DNA from: Octopus vulgaris
Taxonomy: Eukaryota
Direction: 5' to 3'
NCBI GenBank assembly: GCA_951406725.2
Contig: OX597837.1
Coordinates: 18,042,001 to 18,106,000, forward strand
Length of the DNA stretch: 64,000 nucleotides
In this document: positions 1-13,719 of the stretch, in pieces
Position numbering within the stretch: position 1 is the first letter of the stretch
Layout: each line of letters opens with the position of its first letter
The notes under the pieces: generated by a model
The model's database searches: none
What the model saw: only the letters and a program-made list of their open reading frames with translations
What the model was told of the DNA's origin: nothing
Translations under genes and position numbers: made by a program

Positions 1-1119
1 TCATTCCCTCCATGAGGCTCAACATATTTTGTCTCAAGTCCTACTGAGTCTCTCTCTTCCACAAGTTCCATCCATTTTAAGTGATCAGCCCTTTGTTATG
101 CAACCATCCTCATTCATACGAACTACATGACCATGTGCTTCCAGCTAATCTTCTTTGTTGCACACTGCATATAATTTCTTAACTGTCAGTTCTAAATAGT
201 CTGAAATAAACATATTCTATAAATTAAGCAGCAAGTATATTCAAATGACAATGTACTCTATAGTTTAGAAATTATGAAATACATAGAAATAATGTATTCA
301 GTAGCACATTTTTCAATATGCACATTTAATGTAAATTCTTACATATACACAGGCACACACAGTCATACAAATGCACACACATACATGGTCAATGTTTACT
401 ATTTGGTCTGAATATTTTACAAGAAGAAATGTACATATTTCCAATGAGTTAATTATTATTTGCAATCAAAGTATATTTACTTTTGCTCTGCTTTGATGAA
501 TATGGCCCTCAGTGTTGTCTTCTGAGAATTGCAGTTCTGGTAATTATAAGTTGAGATTATGGCTGGTTGGTATTAAGGGTGTCCAGCTGTAAAGACCCTG
601 CCAAAACAAAGTAGCCTGGGGTAGTCTTCTATCTAGCTGGTTCCTGTCAACCATCCTACCCATGTATGCAAGCATGGAAGACAGACATTAAACGATGATG
701 ATGATTACCTTATTACAAAGAATTACCTCTTCTTGTTTATTTATCTACTTGATTTCTGTTTTTCTTTTTGTTTTTGTTGTCAAAAACTTTACTCATAATT
801 TACTACTTTTGGAGTTGAAAATGGTTTCATATACTTGTGTGCAGGCTGATTCAGTTACATTTCTTAGAATTGTATCATAAGGATATATAGATGTGATATT
901 TGCACTGAACTTATTGTTTAAATCAATACACTTAGATAAATGTATTGTGTGTGTGCTTTCTTATGTTCAAATGTGTGGGTGAATATTTCTTCACAATAAT
1001 AATGCTGGTGTGTATGATTGTATTCATGCTTTTGTGTATTTATCTAATATGTGCAAATATGTCTGTATGTGCATGTAAGTACATTTTCAATAACAAACAA
1101 ATGTTTATTTTTTAATATA

Positions 1120-2400
1120 AAAGTCATTAGACTTGCATCTGTTCTGCCATTTCCAAAAGCATTTCGTTAAGAATCTTGTTAGTTTGCACTTCTACTTCAT
1201 CCCTACACATCTTGTCTCATTTAAAGTATGGAAGTGACACATCCAGAAAATTAAAATGACAAAGAATAAGAAGTCATGTCTTGAACTTCATTAGCTTACA
1301 GCTGTTTCTGCTGTAAGATGCAATGCACTTATAGTTAAATACATGTGTATCAATTTATAGCTTCATTAGAGCTTCAAACATGTATATTGGGTTCTAAAAC
1401 ACCAGGTTATTAGAATCACTATGCCTAAGCAATATAACACACACACAGATACAGGGATTGTTGCAAAGGAAAGGCTTTTCATTCTTTTTATCACATTATT
1501 AATTTCATCCTCACTTTCCAGCAGTCCTATTCTTTTGCAGGCTTCTTGATAAGTTGGTTTTACAATTACATCTATAGTTCTTCTTCCTTCCACTAACTGT
1601 TTAACTACATGACAACAGCAATGCCTTTCTCTTAGCCTTCACCAGTAACACTTTTCTCTATCTCTCTTTTCACCTCCCTTCAACTAACTATGTGGCAGTG
1701 TCATTTGGCCTTTGTTTATTAATAGATACTTCAATAATGATTGTTTACTTTCAACTCAGATTTGCAGAATGCAGGATCTACCACCTTGCTCTTCAGATTT
1801 CTATCTATAAGTTGGATAAGAGTTTTCAGTTGTAACAGTTTGATTTGGAAATTGTTTCAAAAATCTTATTTTACATTTGCAGTCTGTTCCTTTATCAGAC
1901 ATGCATGGTCTGTTGAGATTGATATCTCCATAGGGCTCATAGATCATATTCTTTTTTTTCTTTTCTTATCTTGAGTTTTAATGAAAACAAATTGATATGA
2001 ACTGATTCTCTGAATTGATCTGCTAAAATAAAAAGAATACAACCATGCAGCAGTTTCCTTTCTTGGTTGTCTTTCCAGCATGTATAAGCAATGATCTTGC
2101 TAGATAATCCTCTTTAAACAAATCATGAAAAAGCAGCTTCAGCTTTTGATGAAACCCTCTGACTATAATAACTAGTCATTCATTTGGTTTTTAATGAAAC
2201 ACTTTGTCATTCATTTGGCTTTTCACATATACAAAGTGACAACTGAATCTTTTTTCAGTTAGGATTAGTTTTGTAAAAATAATAAAGGTGTCCAATTTCC
2301 CATAATATCTGATGATAATCATAAATCCCAGGAATGCTTTTGTATACCACCTTGATGATCCATAGACATTTACTGGTTATGTGATTCTGGTTCCTCTTGC
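1120..2400 (-). mobile_element. Degenerate Helitron Rep (HUH) domain remnant
   Basis: Minus-strand translation gives Rep-like motifs in the expected order: PVNVYGSSRWY (~PSSFTGGPRY), YGKLDTFIIFT..P (~YGKPDLFITFTCNP), QERKLLHGCILFIL (~QKRGLPHAHILL), PYGDINLNRPCM..CK.RF..QF..T..ENSYPTYR (~HGPCG..NP.SPCM...GYP.YRR), KYLLINKG, TYQEACKRIGLLESEDE (~TFREAC..GLLEDD). Many stops and frameshifts. Confidence 0.8.
1250..1400 (-). mobile_element. Penelope-type pseudo-LTR fragment with degenerate hammerhead motif, inserted in the Helitron remnant
   Basis: Reverse complement reads ...gcattgcatcttacagcaGAAACAGCTGTAagctaatgaagttc. A close copy lies at ~23735-23795 (+). The palindromic stem III ACAGCTGT is typical of PLE minimal hammerheads. 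Confidence 0.5.
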
Positions 2401-4114
2401 CTTTTCATGTCTTTTGTACTTGGCTGTATCAATCATTGATTGACACTAGGTGGACTTAGATCACCAAAGATGTTTTGCTGGATTTTTAGGAATAAATTAT
2501 GAGAGTTAAAAAATGAGGATAATGGACAGAAGTTTAAAGTGATATTATTTTTGTCTTTACTGTGTGAACATAGTAAAATAGTACATTTTGTGTATACAAA
2601 TTCAAAAGTGAAATGCTGCTAGAATTTGAGCCATACCTCAGTGGAAGCAGACAGTACAAACTTTATTTGGTCAAGAGGACAATGATTCTAAAAAATTCGC
2701 ACAATCCAGCAATCCAGGTGCCTTCTTAATTTCAGAAAGTGAATTTTTAGCCAACACCTTCATGACAAACTTTGTTTTGGAAACAGTTTCCCCCATTTCA
2801 GACCCTTTTGTAACCATTCAAGGGGAGATAACCTTTTCATTCCAGGGGGGGGGGGTGCACCACTAGGCTGACTAAACACTATATTTTATACCTCCATTAG
2901 TAAACAGGCTATATGCTTCTGGTGAACAGGTCTGATGAGTTGCCTATATTGCCAAGTGCAACTGTAGGCATGCAACCTGTGGTAACTTTCTAACTGGTTA
3001 TATGCCATAACTAAGTATATACTGCTTGATTAGTTGGTATTAGAAAGGACATCCAGCTGCAAAAATCATGCCAAAATAAACAGTGAAGCATGGTGCAGTG
3101 TTCTGCCTAGCCAGCTCCTGTCAAACCATCCAACCCAAGCCATCATGGAAAGTGGACATTAAATGATGATGATATAATTTGTATATTTGTATCATAGTCT
3201 CTTTCTTTTTTCTCTCTCTCTCTCTTCCTCTCTCTCTGTATACACTTACATACACACATTTATGCAAACATAATCCCTTGATTCTAAACAAATTTATAAC
3301 TATACTCTTATTTGTAATTCAAGAACTCTTCATGAATATATTTATTTTGATTTCATCTCATCTCTTCATATTACATTTCATTTCATATTATTTTATCTCA
3401 TTGAACATATCCCTGGTTTTTAACTTACACAGTTACTTCTCCACTCCACAATTGAATGTCAACTTTTAAAACTTTACAAGGCATCTAGAGCAATCAGCAG
3501 AATTTCAAATAGCTCTAGTATTCTGCAGACCAAAGTTCACATTGCTTACTCACAGCAGCCAGTCATCTTAAAAGCCAGTTTTCAGATATTGCTTATTCCT
3601 TTGGAGATGAAGCTACCTGAAGCCACCTCCATTTCTATTTTAAACACTCCTATTTTAAAATGTTTATATTAAAATTAAAACCTTTTATTATAATTTCATG
3701 TAAAAACGTTTTGCTTTTTGTTTAATTATTTTCCAGACACCAACTTCATAATGAATAAACTATTTTACTAAATACTGATTATTTTCAATTTATTGAAACA
3801 TGCATGTACTAATATATTCCATAAGAAATATTGATCATCCAGAAGTGTTTAGATTTATTGATATACTATGACAATACATTTGTAAATTTGTCTAATTTTA
3901 CTTAGCCAGATAAATCATCATCATCATCATCACCATGTTTCATGTTTACTTTTCCATTCTTGCATGGGTTGGTGTGTCCTCTTCAACACAGTCTCTTACC
4001 ACTTGTTGCATTCCTTTGTAACCTACTTTGTGAGTTTAATATCCTGAGATTAGTTCTTGCTTTCTTTATTTTTCCTTTTACTTAGTGCTGTACAAGAAGA
4101 ATCCAGTTGTTTAA

Positions 4115-4327
4115 CCCTTTAGCATTCAGATTACTTTGTCAAATGTTAAGCATATTTATTCGCATTCGTTAAAGTTAATCCTGTATTATTTTGAGCTTTA
4201 AGATTTCAAAGTTTTGATTGTTTATTTTTAGAATGACATTGCAGGGTATATGTGAGAGGCTGGATCTGGCCACTTGGAAGATAAAACAGGTAGACTATAT
4301 GGGCTGGATATGGCCATTTTAAAAGAG
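4115..4327 (+). mobile_element. piggyBac-type MITE (~215 bp)
   Basis: Starts TTAA|CCCTTTAGCATT. Same family as 18393-18606 and 42635-42855; right end decayed. Confidence 0.65.
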
Positions 4328-4379
4328 TTAGCTTTTCAGTCAAATGGTTAGTCTCTTTCTTTTAAGTTAAGAATGTATC

Positions 4380-4750
4380 AGTATGGCTGTATGGTTAAGA
4401 AGTTCACTTTGTAACCATGTGGTTTCAAGTTCAACCCCACTACATGGTATTTTGGGAAGGTCTCTTTTACAATAACCTCAGATGGAAATTTGGTACAGTT
4501 TTAACCAAATGTGTGTGATTGTCTTGCAGTATCTTCATGTTGACACCACATAGGTAGCAGTAAGATTTTTCTATGTTCTGCATGCACAATATGTCTCACA
4601 CTCTCAGTGATTTGACTGATGAAAAGAAGTTGAATAAAGTACTTCACTTCAAAGCAAATAAGGGTGTCCAGCCAAAGAATACTACCTCAAGAAGTTTCAT
4701 CCAACCCATACCTGCTTAGAAAAAGCATGCTCGAAAATGGGGACTATGAT
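4380..4750 (+). mobile_element. Diverged tRNA/CORE-like SINE with RTE-derived 3' tail
   Basis: Head tggctgtatggttaagaag...tcaagttcaacccc matches the 37841 family. Ends in the cccatacctgcttagaaaa..gatga tail shared with RTE 3' ends. Confidence 0.55.
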
Positions 4751-4759
4751 AAAAACCAT

Positions 4760-4990
4760 GAATCCAAGGACACTGGTGGTGATCTGCAATAGCAGCAGTT
4801 GGTCGACAGAAGTCTTCAGTATACATTCATTTGCCAGGAGGAGTGTAGAGTCTAGTGTTTCAGGTTGTGTCCTTCATCTGAGAACCAGGAAAGAAGGGAG
4901 AAATGGCATTGTTGCATTGGCTACTCAAGACTTGAAAGTTTTTGATTTTAATCATGGATCTATTAATTCAGGGCTGACTGGACTTCAACT
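4760..4990 (-). mobile_element. Penelope-type 3' end/pseudo-LTR with degenerate hammerhead
   Basis: Reverse complement: CAGATGA-a-GG acacaa CC-t-GAAAC, followed by a gaccaactgctg...caccagtgt end resembling PLE pLTR termini. Confidence 0.45.
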
Positions 4991-6245
4991 GGAACAACAA
5001 TAACTTAAGACATATTTTAACGATTGAATTACTGAGAAAAATTGTGCAGAGACACTCTCTGCATGAAGAAGAACAATGATCAAACTAGAGTTATCATATT
5101 TAATGTTGTGAGCTACTTTGAAATAAGTATGCAAGAAATGACAATACTCATCAGTATTTGATATCATTTTAATTATATTGTTATTTGAATGTTTTTTTTT
5201 TCTAATTAGCTTTCTAATGCTAGCTGTCTTCAATGTGGTAACGCAAACTAAACTGCAGATATAAGCAGTAGTTTTTCAGGACAGCTGATTTCTAGTTTCC
5301 TGATGGAATGTTGACTGGCTCCAAATTGTAAGTTGTTGAATACATGAAGGATTTCTTCTGGAAATTGAAGCAAGCAATGGTTAAGGCTTCCAAGTAAAGA
5401 AAATGTGAAGAGAAAAGAAATGACTTTTAAAATATTAAATATACAATTCTGTCTTTAGTTATATAATACTTTTAATGGGCAATGAATTAATGTAGAATGG
5501 TTATTCTTTGCAACTATAGAATTGTTGAAGAAGATTTGCACATACACCTATTTATTTGTAATTGATGCTTCATTGGCACTCTAACAATTAATAATACATT
5601 CAACATTGTAATGACTCTTGTTATGCTATTCATATTCTTGCTCACATTTTGATAACTATCTTTTGCCATGTTTCTAGGAAGTAATTGAATCTTGATGATT
5701 TGTAAATATGACAAAACTAGTGAGTTTGATCATCACTTTGGCAAAGTCATTACAGCTTGGAACAAAGCCATCGTCACTTTTTACCATCCTCCTCTTCTTC
5801 ATTATCTTCATCATTTTAATGTCTGAATTTCCATCCTTGCATGGGTCATGTTGAGGCAGATTTTCTACTGATGTATGTTCTTCTTGTTGCCAACCTTCAC
5901 CTGCTTCCAAGCGAGATAATAACCCTCGTCCTTCAAACACAAACAGTTCAATGACACATTTCTGTGGAAATAAACAAACAAATGTCACCACTTATATGAT
6001 GGTGATGTTTGTTTACAACTATCATGTGAAGCCTGCAGCAAAATTAGGGGAAAAAAATCAATAAATTTTTGTGAAAATCAGCATGTTTGTACTTGAACCG
6101 AGGCTAACTTTTTCAGTGTCATAGAAAGCTGTGCCCCATTTTCTGATGGTTACATACTTTCTGCGCATGCATATGATATTGTGCATGCACAGTTATTGTT
6201 GGTAGTCACCTACACAACCACATGATCTCTCCAACCTTACAAACC

Positions 6246-7722
6246 ATGCCTCCTAAAAAACGTTAAATTGAGGATGAGTGCTGTGCATTTAATGAAGAAT
6301 GGATACACAAGTATTTCTTCACCAGTTCTAAGAATAAAGCAGTGTGTTTACTGTGACAGGAGACAATTACCATGTTAAAGGAGTACAACTTGATGTGGCA
6401 CAACCAAACAAAACATGGAGAATTTGAATGCAACGTGACTGAAGAAGAACAGAAGGGAAAGGCTGTGGAATATGTAGCAAAATAGAACAGGCAACAAACT
6501 CTATTTAAAAAGCAATCATCAATTCACGATACTGCATTAGAGGCAAGTTTTATGGTGGCATACTGAATTTCAAGATGTAACAAAGCATTCTCAGATGGTG
6601 AGTTAATAAAACAATGTATGATGGATTGCGCAAGTGTTGTATGCCTGAAAATGAGAGGTAAATTTGAAAACATTTCATTATCGAGGAGGACTGTCATGCA
6701 ATGCATAGAAATAATCAGTGAGGAGTTGACTCAACAACTGAGGGATGCAAGTAAAGATTTTGTATGCTATTCGTTAGCAGCAGATGAGAGTACTGACATC
6801 CAAGATACTGCACAGATACTAATTTTTGCACTTGAAGTGGATGAGAATTTCCGTATCACCAAAGGATTGCTGTCACTAGAATCAATAAAAACTACAACAA
6901 TCGGTCTGGATTTGTATGAACGTGTGATCAATGCAATTGAAAAAAGTGCATTATCATGGGATAGATTGACAAGCATAACCACAGATGGTGTCTGGGCATT
7001 ATTTGGGTAAAACGCAGGCATGGTTAAACTCTTGGAAGACAAGATTAGAAAAGACAATCCTAACCAAGCCTTCTTGTCTTTCCACTACATTTTGCACCAG
7101 GATAATCTGTGTAAGTCTGCACTTAACCTGAAGCATTTGGTGGATCCAGTGGTAAGTGGAGCAAGAGCACTCAGTCACAGACAATTCAAATCCCTACTGG
7201 AGGATATGGAGGCTGAACATGGAGATGTTCTCTACCACAGCAATGTATGATGGCTCAGTCTTCACGAAGTGCTGAAGTGAGTGTGGGACTTACAAAAAGA
7301 AATTCTGCTTGTTCTCGATATGAAAAGAATTGCTTGTAATGTTGTTACAAAAATGGACTGTGAAGAGTAGAAATATGAACTTACGTTTGTAGCTGATGTT
7401 TTTGAAAAGTTGAATGAGCTAAATGTGAGTGAAATTGCAAAGAAAGGAACTTTTGGTTCATGAAATGAATAAGCATGTTTAATCTTTTCAAGCAAAATTA
7501 ACCTTGTTTTCAAGGCAAGCAAGTGAGGACAAGTTCACCCATTTTTCATTGCTTGGAAAGGAGAAAGTACCTGCAATTGTGTGTTCAAAAATTAAAGATC
7601 AGTTGAGAGGTTTGACTGAAGAGTTTGAAAAATTTAAGGATTTCAGACAGATTGAGCTTAAACCTGACTTATTAGCTTCTCCTTTCTCTGCTGATGTTGA
7701 TGCAGCACCTTATGAATTACAA
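6246..7722 (+). pseudogene. Dead hAT transposase of the Buster/SPIN (GTF2IRD2-like) type, truncated by an RTE insertion
   Basis: MPPKKRKIEDECCAFNEEWIHKYFF...AVCLL (BED-like N-terminus), LSRRTV, YSLAADESTD, SITTDG, FHYILHQDNLC, RALSHRQF, YHSNV*WLS. Multiple stops and frameshifts. Confidence 0.85.
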
Positions 7723-8310
7723 GGTGAAAAGTAGACTGTATGATGTATGTGTGCGAACTGCCATGCTACATGGCAGTGAAACATGGGACTTGAATGCTGA
7801 GGACATGTGTAGGCATGAAAGAAATGAAGCTAGTATGATCTGCTGGATGTGTAATGTCAGTGTGCATACACAACAGTGTAAGCACCTTGAGAGAAAAGTT
7901 GGGCATAAGAAGCATCAAATGTGGTATGCAAGAGAGGTGATTGCGCTTGTATGGCCATGTGCTACGTATGAATAAAGACAGCTGTGTGAGGAAGTGCTAC
8001 TCCCTAACTGTAGAACGAACCTGTGGAAGAGGAAGACATGGGATGAGGTGGTGAAGCATGACCAGTGGCACATAAAAAGCACCAACCGATTGTGACCAAT
8101 GCCAGTACGCACTGACTGGCTCCAGTAGCAGTGGCATGTAAAAAGTACTCACTACATTCTTGGAGTGGTTGGTGTTAGGAAAGGTATCCAGCTGTAGAAA
8201 CTTTGCCAGATCAGATTGGAGCCTGGTGCAACTGCTGGCTCTCCAGACCACAATCAAGCCGTCCAGCCCATGCCAGCATGGAAAACTGACGTTAATCGAT
8301 GAAAATGATG
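7723..8310 (+). mobile_element. 5'-truncated RTE LINE (family A) fragment with 3' tail
   Basis: RLYDVCVRTAMLHGSETW...NEASMICWMC, followed by the 3' UTR ending cccatgccagcatggaaaactgacgttaa..gatg. Confidence 0.85.
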
Positions 8311-8589
8311 ATATATATTTTTACATATGGTAGTTATCTACTCCTTATGCAGAGTTTGACCACCTCCTTTACCTACACCTTAGCACCATCGTGGCTGCTG
8401 ATGTCCCTTTTTAAATCAGACAATGTTCTGAAGAGACACCCACACAGATTGCATATCCAATTTGGACCACCAAGAGCTGTAGATTTATTTATATATATAT
8501 ATATATGCATATTTGCATATATGTATACTTGTATATTTACGTCGGCTATAGTCTAGTCACCCATATAGTCAGTCAGGTGATACATGAAG

Positions 8590-8830
8590 GTGTCATACCC
8601 AATGACTGGTGTAGCTGGGGCTGCTGGCCCCTGACTGGCTCCCATGCTGGTGACATGTAAGAAACACCAACCAAACATGGCCAAGACTGACTCCCATGCC
8701 AGTGGCATGTAAAAAGCACGATCCAAACATGGACAATGCCAGGTCTGCCTGACTAGCTCCCTTGCTAGTGGCACGTAAAAAGCGCCAACTGATCATGACT
8801 GATGCCAGTATGCCTTGACTGGCTCCAAAG
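8590..8830 (+). repeat. About 3 imperfect 50-65 bp tandem units derived from the RTE 3' UTR
   Basis: Repeated gactggctcccatgc(c/t)(a/g)gtggca(c/t)gtaaaaagcac units; the same motif occurs in the RTE 3' UTR at ~8110-8150. Confidence 0.6.
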
Positions 8831-8835
8831 TCAAG

Positions 8836-10370
8836 TACTACTAGGGTAAAGGAGATGCATTAGATACAAATAATTACAAAGGTATCAAGATGTTGGATCA
8901 GGTAATGAAAGTCATGGAAAGGGTCAAAGCCCAATTAATTAGGGAAAGGGTCAGTTTACATGAGATGCAGTTTGGGTTCGTGCCAGGGAAAAGCACCGCT
9001 GATGCTATATTTCTAGTAAGACAACTGCAGGTGAAATACCTAGCCAAAGATAAACCTCTCTACTTGCCTTTCGTTGACGTGGAGAAAACCTTTGACAGGG
9101 TCTCCCGGTCTCTTATCAGGTGGTTAATGCAGAAACAAGGGAAAGATGAGTGGTTAGTGAGAACTGTACAAGCCATATACAGGGATGCTGTCAGTAAGGT
9201 GAGGTTTGGCAACAAGTATAGTGAAGAATTCCAGGTAGGGGTCCGCCAAGGATCATTCCTCAGCCTCCTCTTATCCATCATAGTCCTCCTGGCAATTACA
9301 GAGGAATTCAAAACCGGATGCCCCTGGGAGCTTCTCTATGCTGAAGATCTTCCTCTAATAGCTGAGTCACTATCAGAACTAGAGGAGAAGTTTCAGGTGT
9401 CTAGAATCAAGGGCCTTAGAGTCAATCTTGCAAAAACCAAAGTCTTAATAAGTAGGAAGGCAGACAAACCACAAATCCCTTCAGGTAGATGGCCCTGCTC
9501 AATCTGTAGAAAAGGCATAGGTAGAAACTCCATAAGATGTACCCAGTGTAAGCTATGGACACATAAGAGGTGCAGCAATATCAAAGAAAGGCTAACTTGT
9601 GTGTGGTAATTGCTCAGGGGTAATAGACACTGAAAATGTGCAGAAAACAGATTCCGTCACATGCCAGTGGGGGAAAACTAAAAGTAGTTGATAGCTTCTG
9701 TTACCTAGGTGACCAAGTCAATAGCAGGGGTGGATGCTCTGAGAGTGTAGCTGCTAGAATAAGAATAGCCTGGGCAAAGTTCAGAGAGCTCCTACCTTTG
9801 CTGGGGACAAAGTAAAAGGTAGACTGTATGATGCATGTATGCGAACAGCCATGCTACATGGCAGTGAAACATGGGCCATGACTGCTGAAGACATGCGTAA
9901 GCTTGCAAGGAATGAAGCCAGTATGCTCCACTGGATGTGTAAATTCAGTGTGCATATACAACAGTGTGTAAGTGCCCTGAGAGAAAAGTTGGACATTAGA
10001 AGCATCAGATGTGGTTTGCAAGAGAGACAACTACACTGATATGGATGAGGACAGCTGTGTGAAAAAGAGTTACACCCTAGCAGTAGAGGGAACCTGTGGA
10101 AGAGGTAGACCCAGGAAGACATGAGATGAAGCGGTGAAGCATGACCTCTAAACGTCAGGCCTCATGGAGGCGATGACAAGTGACCAAGACCTTTGGAGAT
10201 ATACTGTGTTTGAGAAGACCTGGCAAGCCAAGTGTGACCGTGACCATGGCCTATGCCAGTGCAGCATAACCAGCCCATTTAAGAGTATCCTTCAATCATT
10301 GGGCAATAAACTGCACTTGAAATCATTTTTGTGGCTGATGTTAGTACCGCCTGATTGGTACCTGTGCTGG
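8836..10370 (+). mobile_element. RTE LINE (family A), RT + PHD insert + C-terminus, disrupted
   Basis: ORF 8890-9609: QFGFVPGKSTADAIF, FVDVEKTFDRV, GVRQGSFLS, LLYAED, GLRVNLAKTK, then CSIC..CTQC..HKRC. Downstream frames give SFCYLGD, MLHGSETW and GRGRPRKT. Confidence 0.92.
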
Positions 10371-10380
10371 ATTTTGTAAC

Positions 10381-11165
10381 TGACACCCTTTCCTATATGG
10401 TCCTTAAAAGAAAAAGGTGTCAATTACAACATCCATTGGAAGATCTTAGCCAAGTGTAAACCTTACACCAATAGCAATGGAAAGTGTGGTCTTTGTGATA
10501 TGGAAAGATGGCTCATCTGGAAAAGTAGCTTAGACCCCACTACATGTCTAAATTCAAGAACTGAACTTTTAGGATCATGTCCATATATGACTCAATATTT
10601 GTTACATTTTTGGTCTCCCTGACATCACAGATAGAATCTGCTTTTTTTATTGCGTCTATGTACAAGAATTTTATCTCTCTATATTTTTTATATATTTTTA
10701 TTGCTTTATATATTTTTACATATTTTTTCTGTATATTAGCTTTCACCCTGCATTTCTTTTGTGCATGTGCATATATAGATGTGTATATGAACATATTTGT
10801 GTGCATATGGGTATATATACGTGTGTTTGTGTGCATATGTGCAGGTATGTATAAGGGTACATGTGTATGGTTGCATATATATAGGTATTTGTGTGGGTGT
10901 GCATGCATGTGTTTCAAGTGTGTGAGTGAGCATATGCATATAGACATATGCATGTGGGTGTACATGTGCGCATGTATGTATGTACATGCACACATACGCG
11001 AATTCTACGAGCGTCTTTTACTTTCTCCCTTTCGGGTTTTTCCCTTTATTTAACGGTCATTCTAATAGCTCTTAATAATGGTCATTTACATAGTAATTTC
11101 CCTTTGTTTAACAGTCATTTGCATAGCATTGTTTGTTTGTCTTAATAACTGACAAGATGCCAGAG
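10381..11165 (+). mobile_element. Penelope-like element: GIY-YIG endonuclease C-terminus plus 3' UTR/pLTR
   Basis: WSLKEKGVNYNIHWKILAKCKPYTNSNGKCGLCDMERWLI...CLNSRTELLGSC matches the typical PLE endonuclease C-terminus. The downstream ~550 bp matches 28790-29530 and ends at a CTGACAA-GATGCC hammerhead half. Confidence 0.75.
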
Positions 11166-11920
11166 CACGCATCACATTTGTACACCCAGGTATATAACAG
11201 TTGGGAACTGACCTATCTACCTGTGTGAATATTTTCATGCATTACAGGAAGGGTGCTACCAGGTCCCACTCAAAGTGTTTTGCCCATGCAGCATTAATTT
11301 TGGCAGGGAAAAAACTAAGTCGGATACATTTTGAATGCTCCTTGTAAATGTTTAAGTGAAGTTGACAGTCTTTGAGTGTTTCTGAATGACAGAATAATTA
11401 TGTTTTCCATGCTGCAATCATTATCAAAATGGATTCAGGTTTATTTTATAATTGAACATTTCACCTACACACTTAACAGGAAACTAATTTTTATTCACTG
11501 CACTGTACATCTTTTAATGTCTTACTTTTCTATAACTTTTATCCTACTGTTTCCTTATGACACTGTCAGTCTCACTCACTCTCTCTCTCTTTCCCTCTTT
11601 TACCACCTCTAGCCCTATTAGTCTTTCTTTTTTCCACTCTCACTCTTATCCTCATCCTTTTTTATTCAACCGCTTTCTCCCTTTGGACTTTGTTTCTTCT
11701 CTGTCTCACATTATATCTTGTTATATTAATTAATACTTTTCATCTTTTCCTTGCACACTCAGTTACTTTCATTTCCTTTCAGTGCAACACACTCTTTCTC
11801 TCTCTTTCTCTTTTCCTCTCCCCCTCTATACCCTCTTTTTCTCCCTCTCTCACCTTGATTCAATTATTTTCATTAAAATAAGTGATTACTAAGTTTTCTC
11901 TTTGAAATACTTTGAGTATA

Positions 11921-12823
11921 TGTGGTGGTATCAAAAAGTTCCCGGGCTAGTTCTGTAGCATGCCAACAGATGGCAACACATGGTTGTGTGCAAAGTGAGA
12001 GCTAGCAGTGACCTTCCTGAGGCAGTGTGCTGAATAACATCACTGTGTTTACTTTGCAAGTTGGGAAATTTGTGTTTTTGTGATCACACATATGCTGTAG
12101 TCAGTGATTTTGTTATGGACGTGAAATTTTACATTAAATTTGGGAAGTCTGCAACAGAAACACTGATCATGCTTTGGCAAGCTTACGGCAATGAGGCAAT
12201 GCATTGTATGCATTGTTTCAAGTGGTACAGGTGCTTCAGAAGTGGAAAAATGTCCCTGGAAGATGGTGAGCAATCTGGAAGACCTGCCACAAGTGTCACC
12301 CCTTGGAAATGTGGTACTGTGCATCAAGAATTCGTCCCCCAGAGCCTGACCGTTAATCGAGAGTTCTACTGTGATGTTTTGAAGCATTCAAGGGAGGGCA
12401 TTCAGCAAAAGCAACTGGATTCGTGGAGCCTGAAGAATTGGATTCTTCATGACAACAATGCATCCTGTCACCAAGCTCTCCTCACTTGTGAGTTTCTCAT
12501 GAAAAACAACATGGTATTGCTTCTGCACTTGCCCTATTTGTCAGATTTAGCACCTTTGGACTTCATCTCTTCCCCAAAACGAAAATGCAGGCCAAAGGTC
12601 ACCGTTTTAACACCATTGTTGAGATCAAGAGTGAATTGCAGAAAATACTTCACTCACTTACAGAAAATGACTTTCAGGCTGGATTTCAAAAGCAGCAGGA
12701 ATGCTGGGACCAGTGTATTCTTGAGCAAAGTGACTATTTTGAAGAAAATTATGTTAAAACTTAGGTAAATAAGTTATTTTTTATTAAACATAACTAGTCT
12801 GAGAACCTTTTGATACCATCTCA
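11921..12823 (+). mobile_element. Internally deleted mariner (DD34D-type) with both TIRs and TA TSD
   Basis: Left TIR TA|tgtggtggtatcaaaaagttcccgggctagtt; right end reverse-complements to TA|tgagatggtatcaaaaggttctcagactagtt. ORF has HTH (KSATET..WY..F.SG..SLED..SGRP), then jumps to WILHDNNASCH and PYLSDLAPLDF; the first catalytic D region is missing. Confidence 0.9.
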
Positions 12824-13129
12824 TATTTATGAAAATTTTTCAACTATATTTATTATATCAAAATTACTTAGAAATTTTTCATTAGTGTTTTTTTTTTATA
12901 TATATTGGCAGATATGCACATCACAGCACTTTCATACAAGCAAACGTACCATGATGAGCTTATTGTATACAGTGGTCTGGTTCACAATAACCCATTGCAA
13001 AAAAAGTGAGATAGAATGTAGCAATAAGTCAAGTAAGGAAATACAACAATGATAGTCAAAAATATGTGCGTAGTACACAAGATGACTCAAAAGTACACAG
13101 AAAAAGAGTCATAAAAGGGAAAGGGTACT

Positions 13130-13500
13130 TAGGTATGCCAAGGGTAGTGTTGACAAATTTTAGATAGCTTATTCCATACTTTGTTAATTCCAAGCATGAA
13201 AAAGTGATCCTGAAAGTCATGGCTACTGCACTGTTTTTTGGATTTTATAAGAGTATCCATATGTAGTAGAAATATTGAATTCAAAATGGTGGCCACTGAA
13301 CTGTTTTGAACATATTTTTGCTTTAAAGTTCATTGCTTTGATGTTCAAACCAGAGGTTGGGTTGTCAAATTTTTGAAACCTCTCTATGGATAGCTGTTTC
13401 TTTTCATCAACAGTGATAAAGTAACATACACAGGTCAAGCATTGAAAGAACCAATTTAGTAGTTGGAACATTTCATAGAGTCATTTCACCATTGCATCAT
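13130..13500 (-). mobile_element. Very old CR1/L2-like LINE remnant
   Basis: HDFQDHFFMLGINKVWNKL resembles the C-terminal HFFS.RV...WN.LP motif; upstream SGLNIK segment. Confidence 0.35.
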
Positions 13501-13719
13501 AAGTGTACCTTGTTTTTTGGCCTGGGATTTAGGAATTAGTGGTGCATTGAAATTAGATAGAAATATATTTACCACATTCAAACCATCAATTTTCTAAAGA
13601 GTTCTCAGTGTTTGTACATATAAGGCAGTGTTCTGTTTTAGAATAGCAACTAGTTTTGTTGCATACTTCACCCTTGCATGAAACCATGGCAATATTGTCC
13701 TGCCTGTACAAAGGTAAAG

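Noticed and set aside
4985-5780. Minus-strand peptide IVLLHAESVSAQFFS..LK resembling a hAT dimerisation motif or a PLE endonuclease end
   Set aside because: Too degenerate to choose between the two or to support either.
10540-11145. Long overlapping ORFs rich in C/V/Y/I/H/T (also 14661-15044, 28790-29473, 58726-59904)
   Set aside because: They arise from (TG)/(TA)/(CA) low-complexity DNA lacking stops; no protein-like features.
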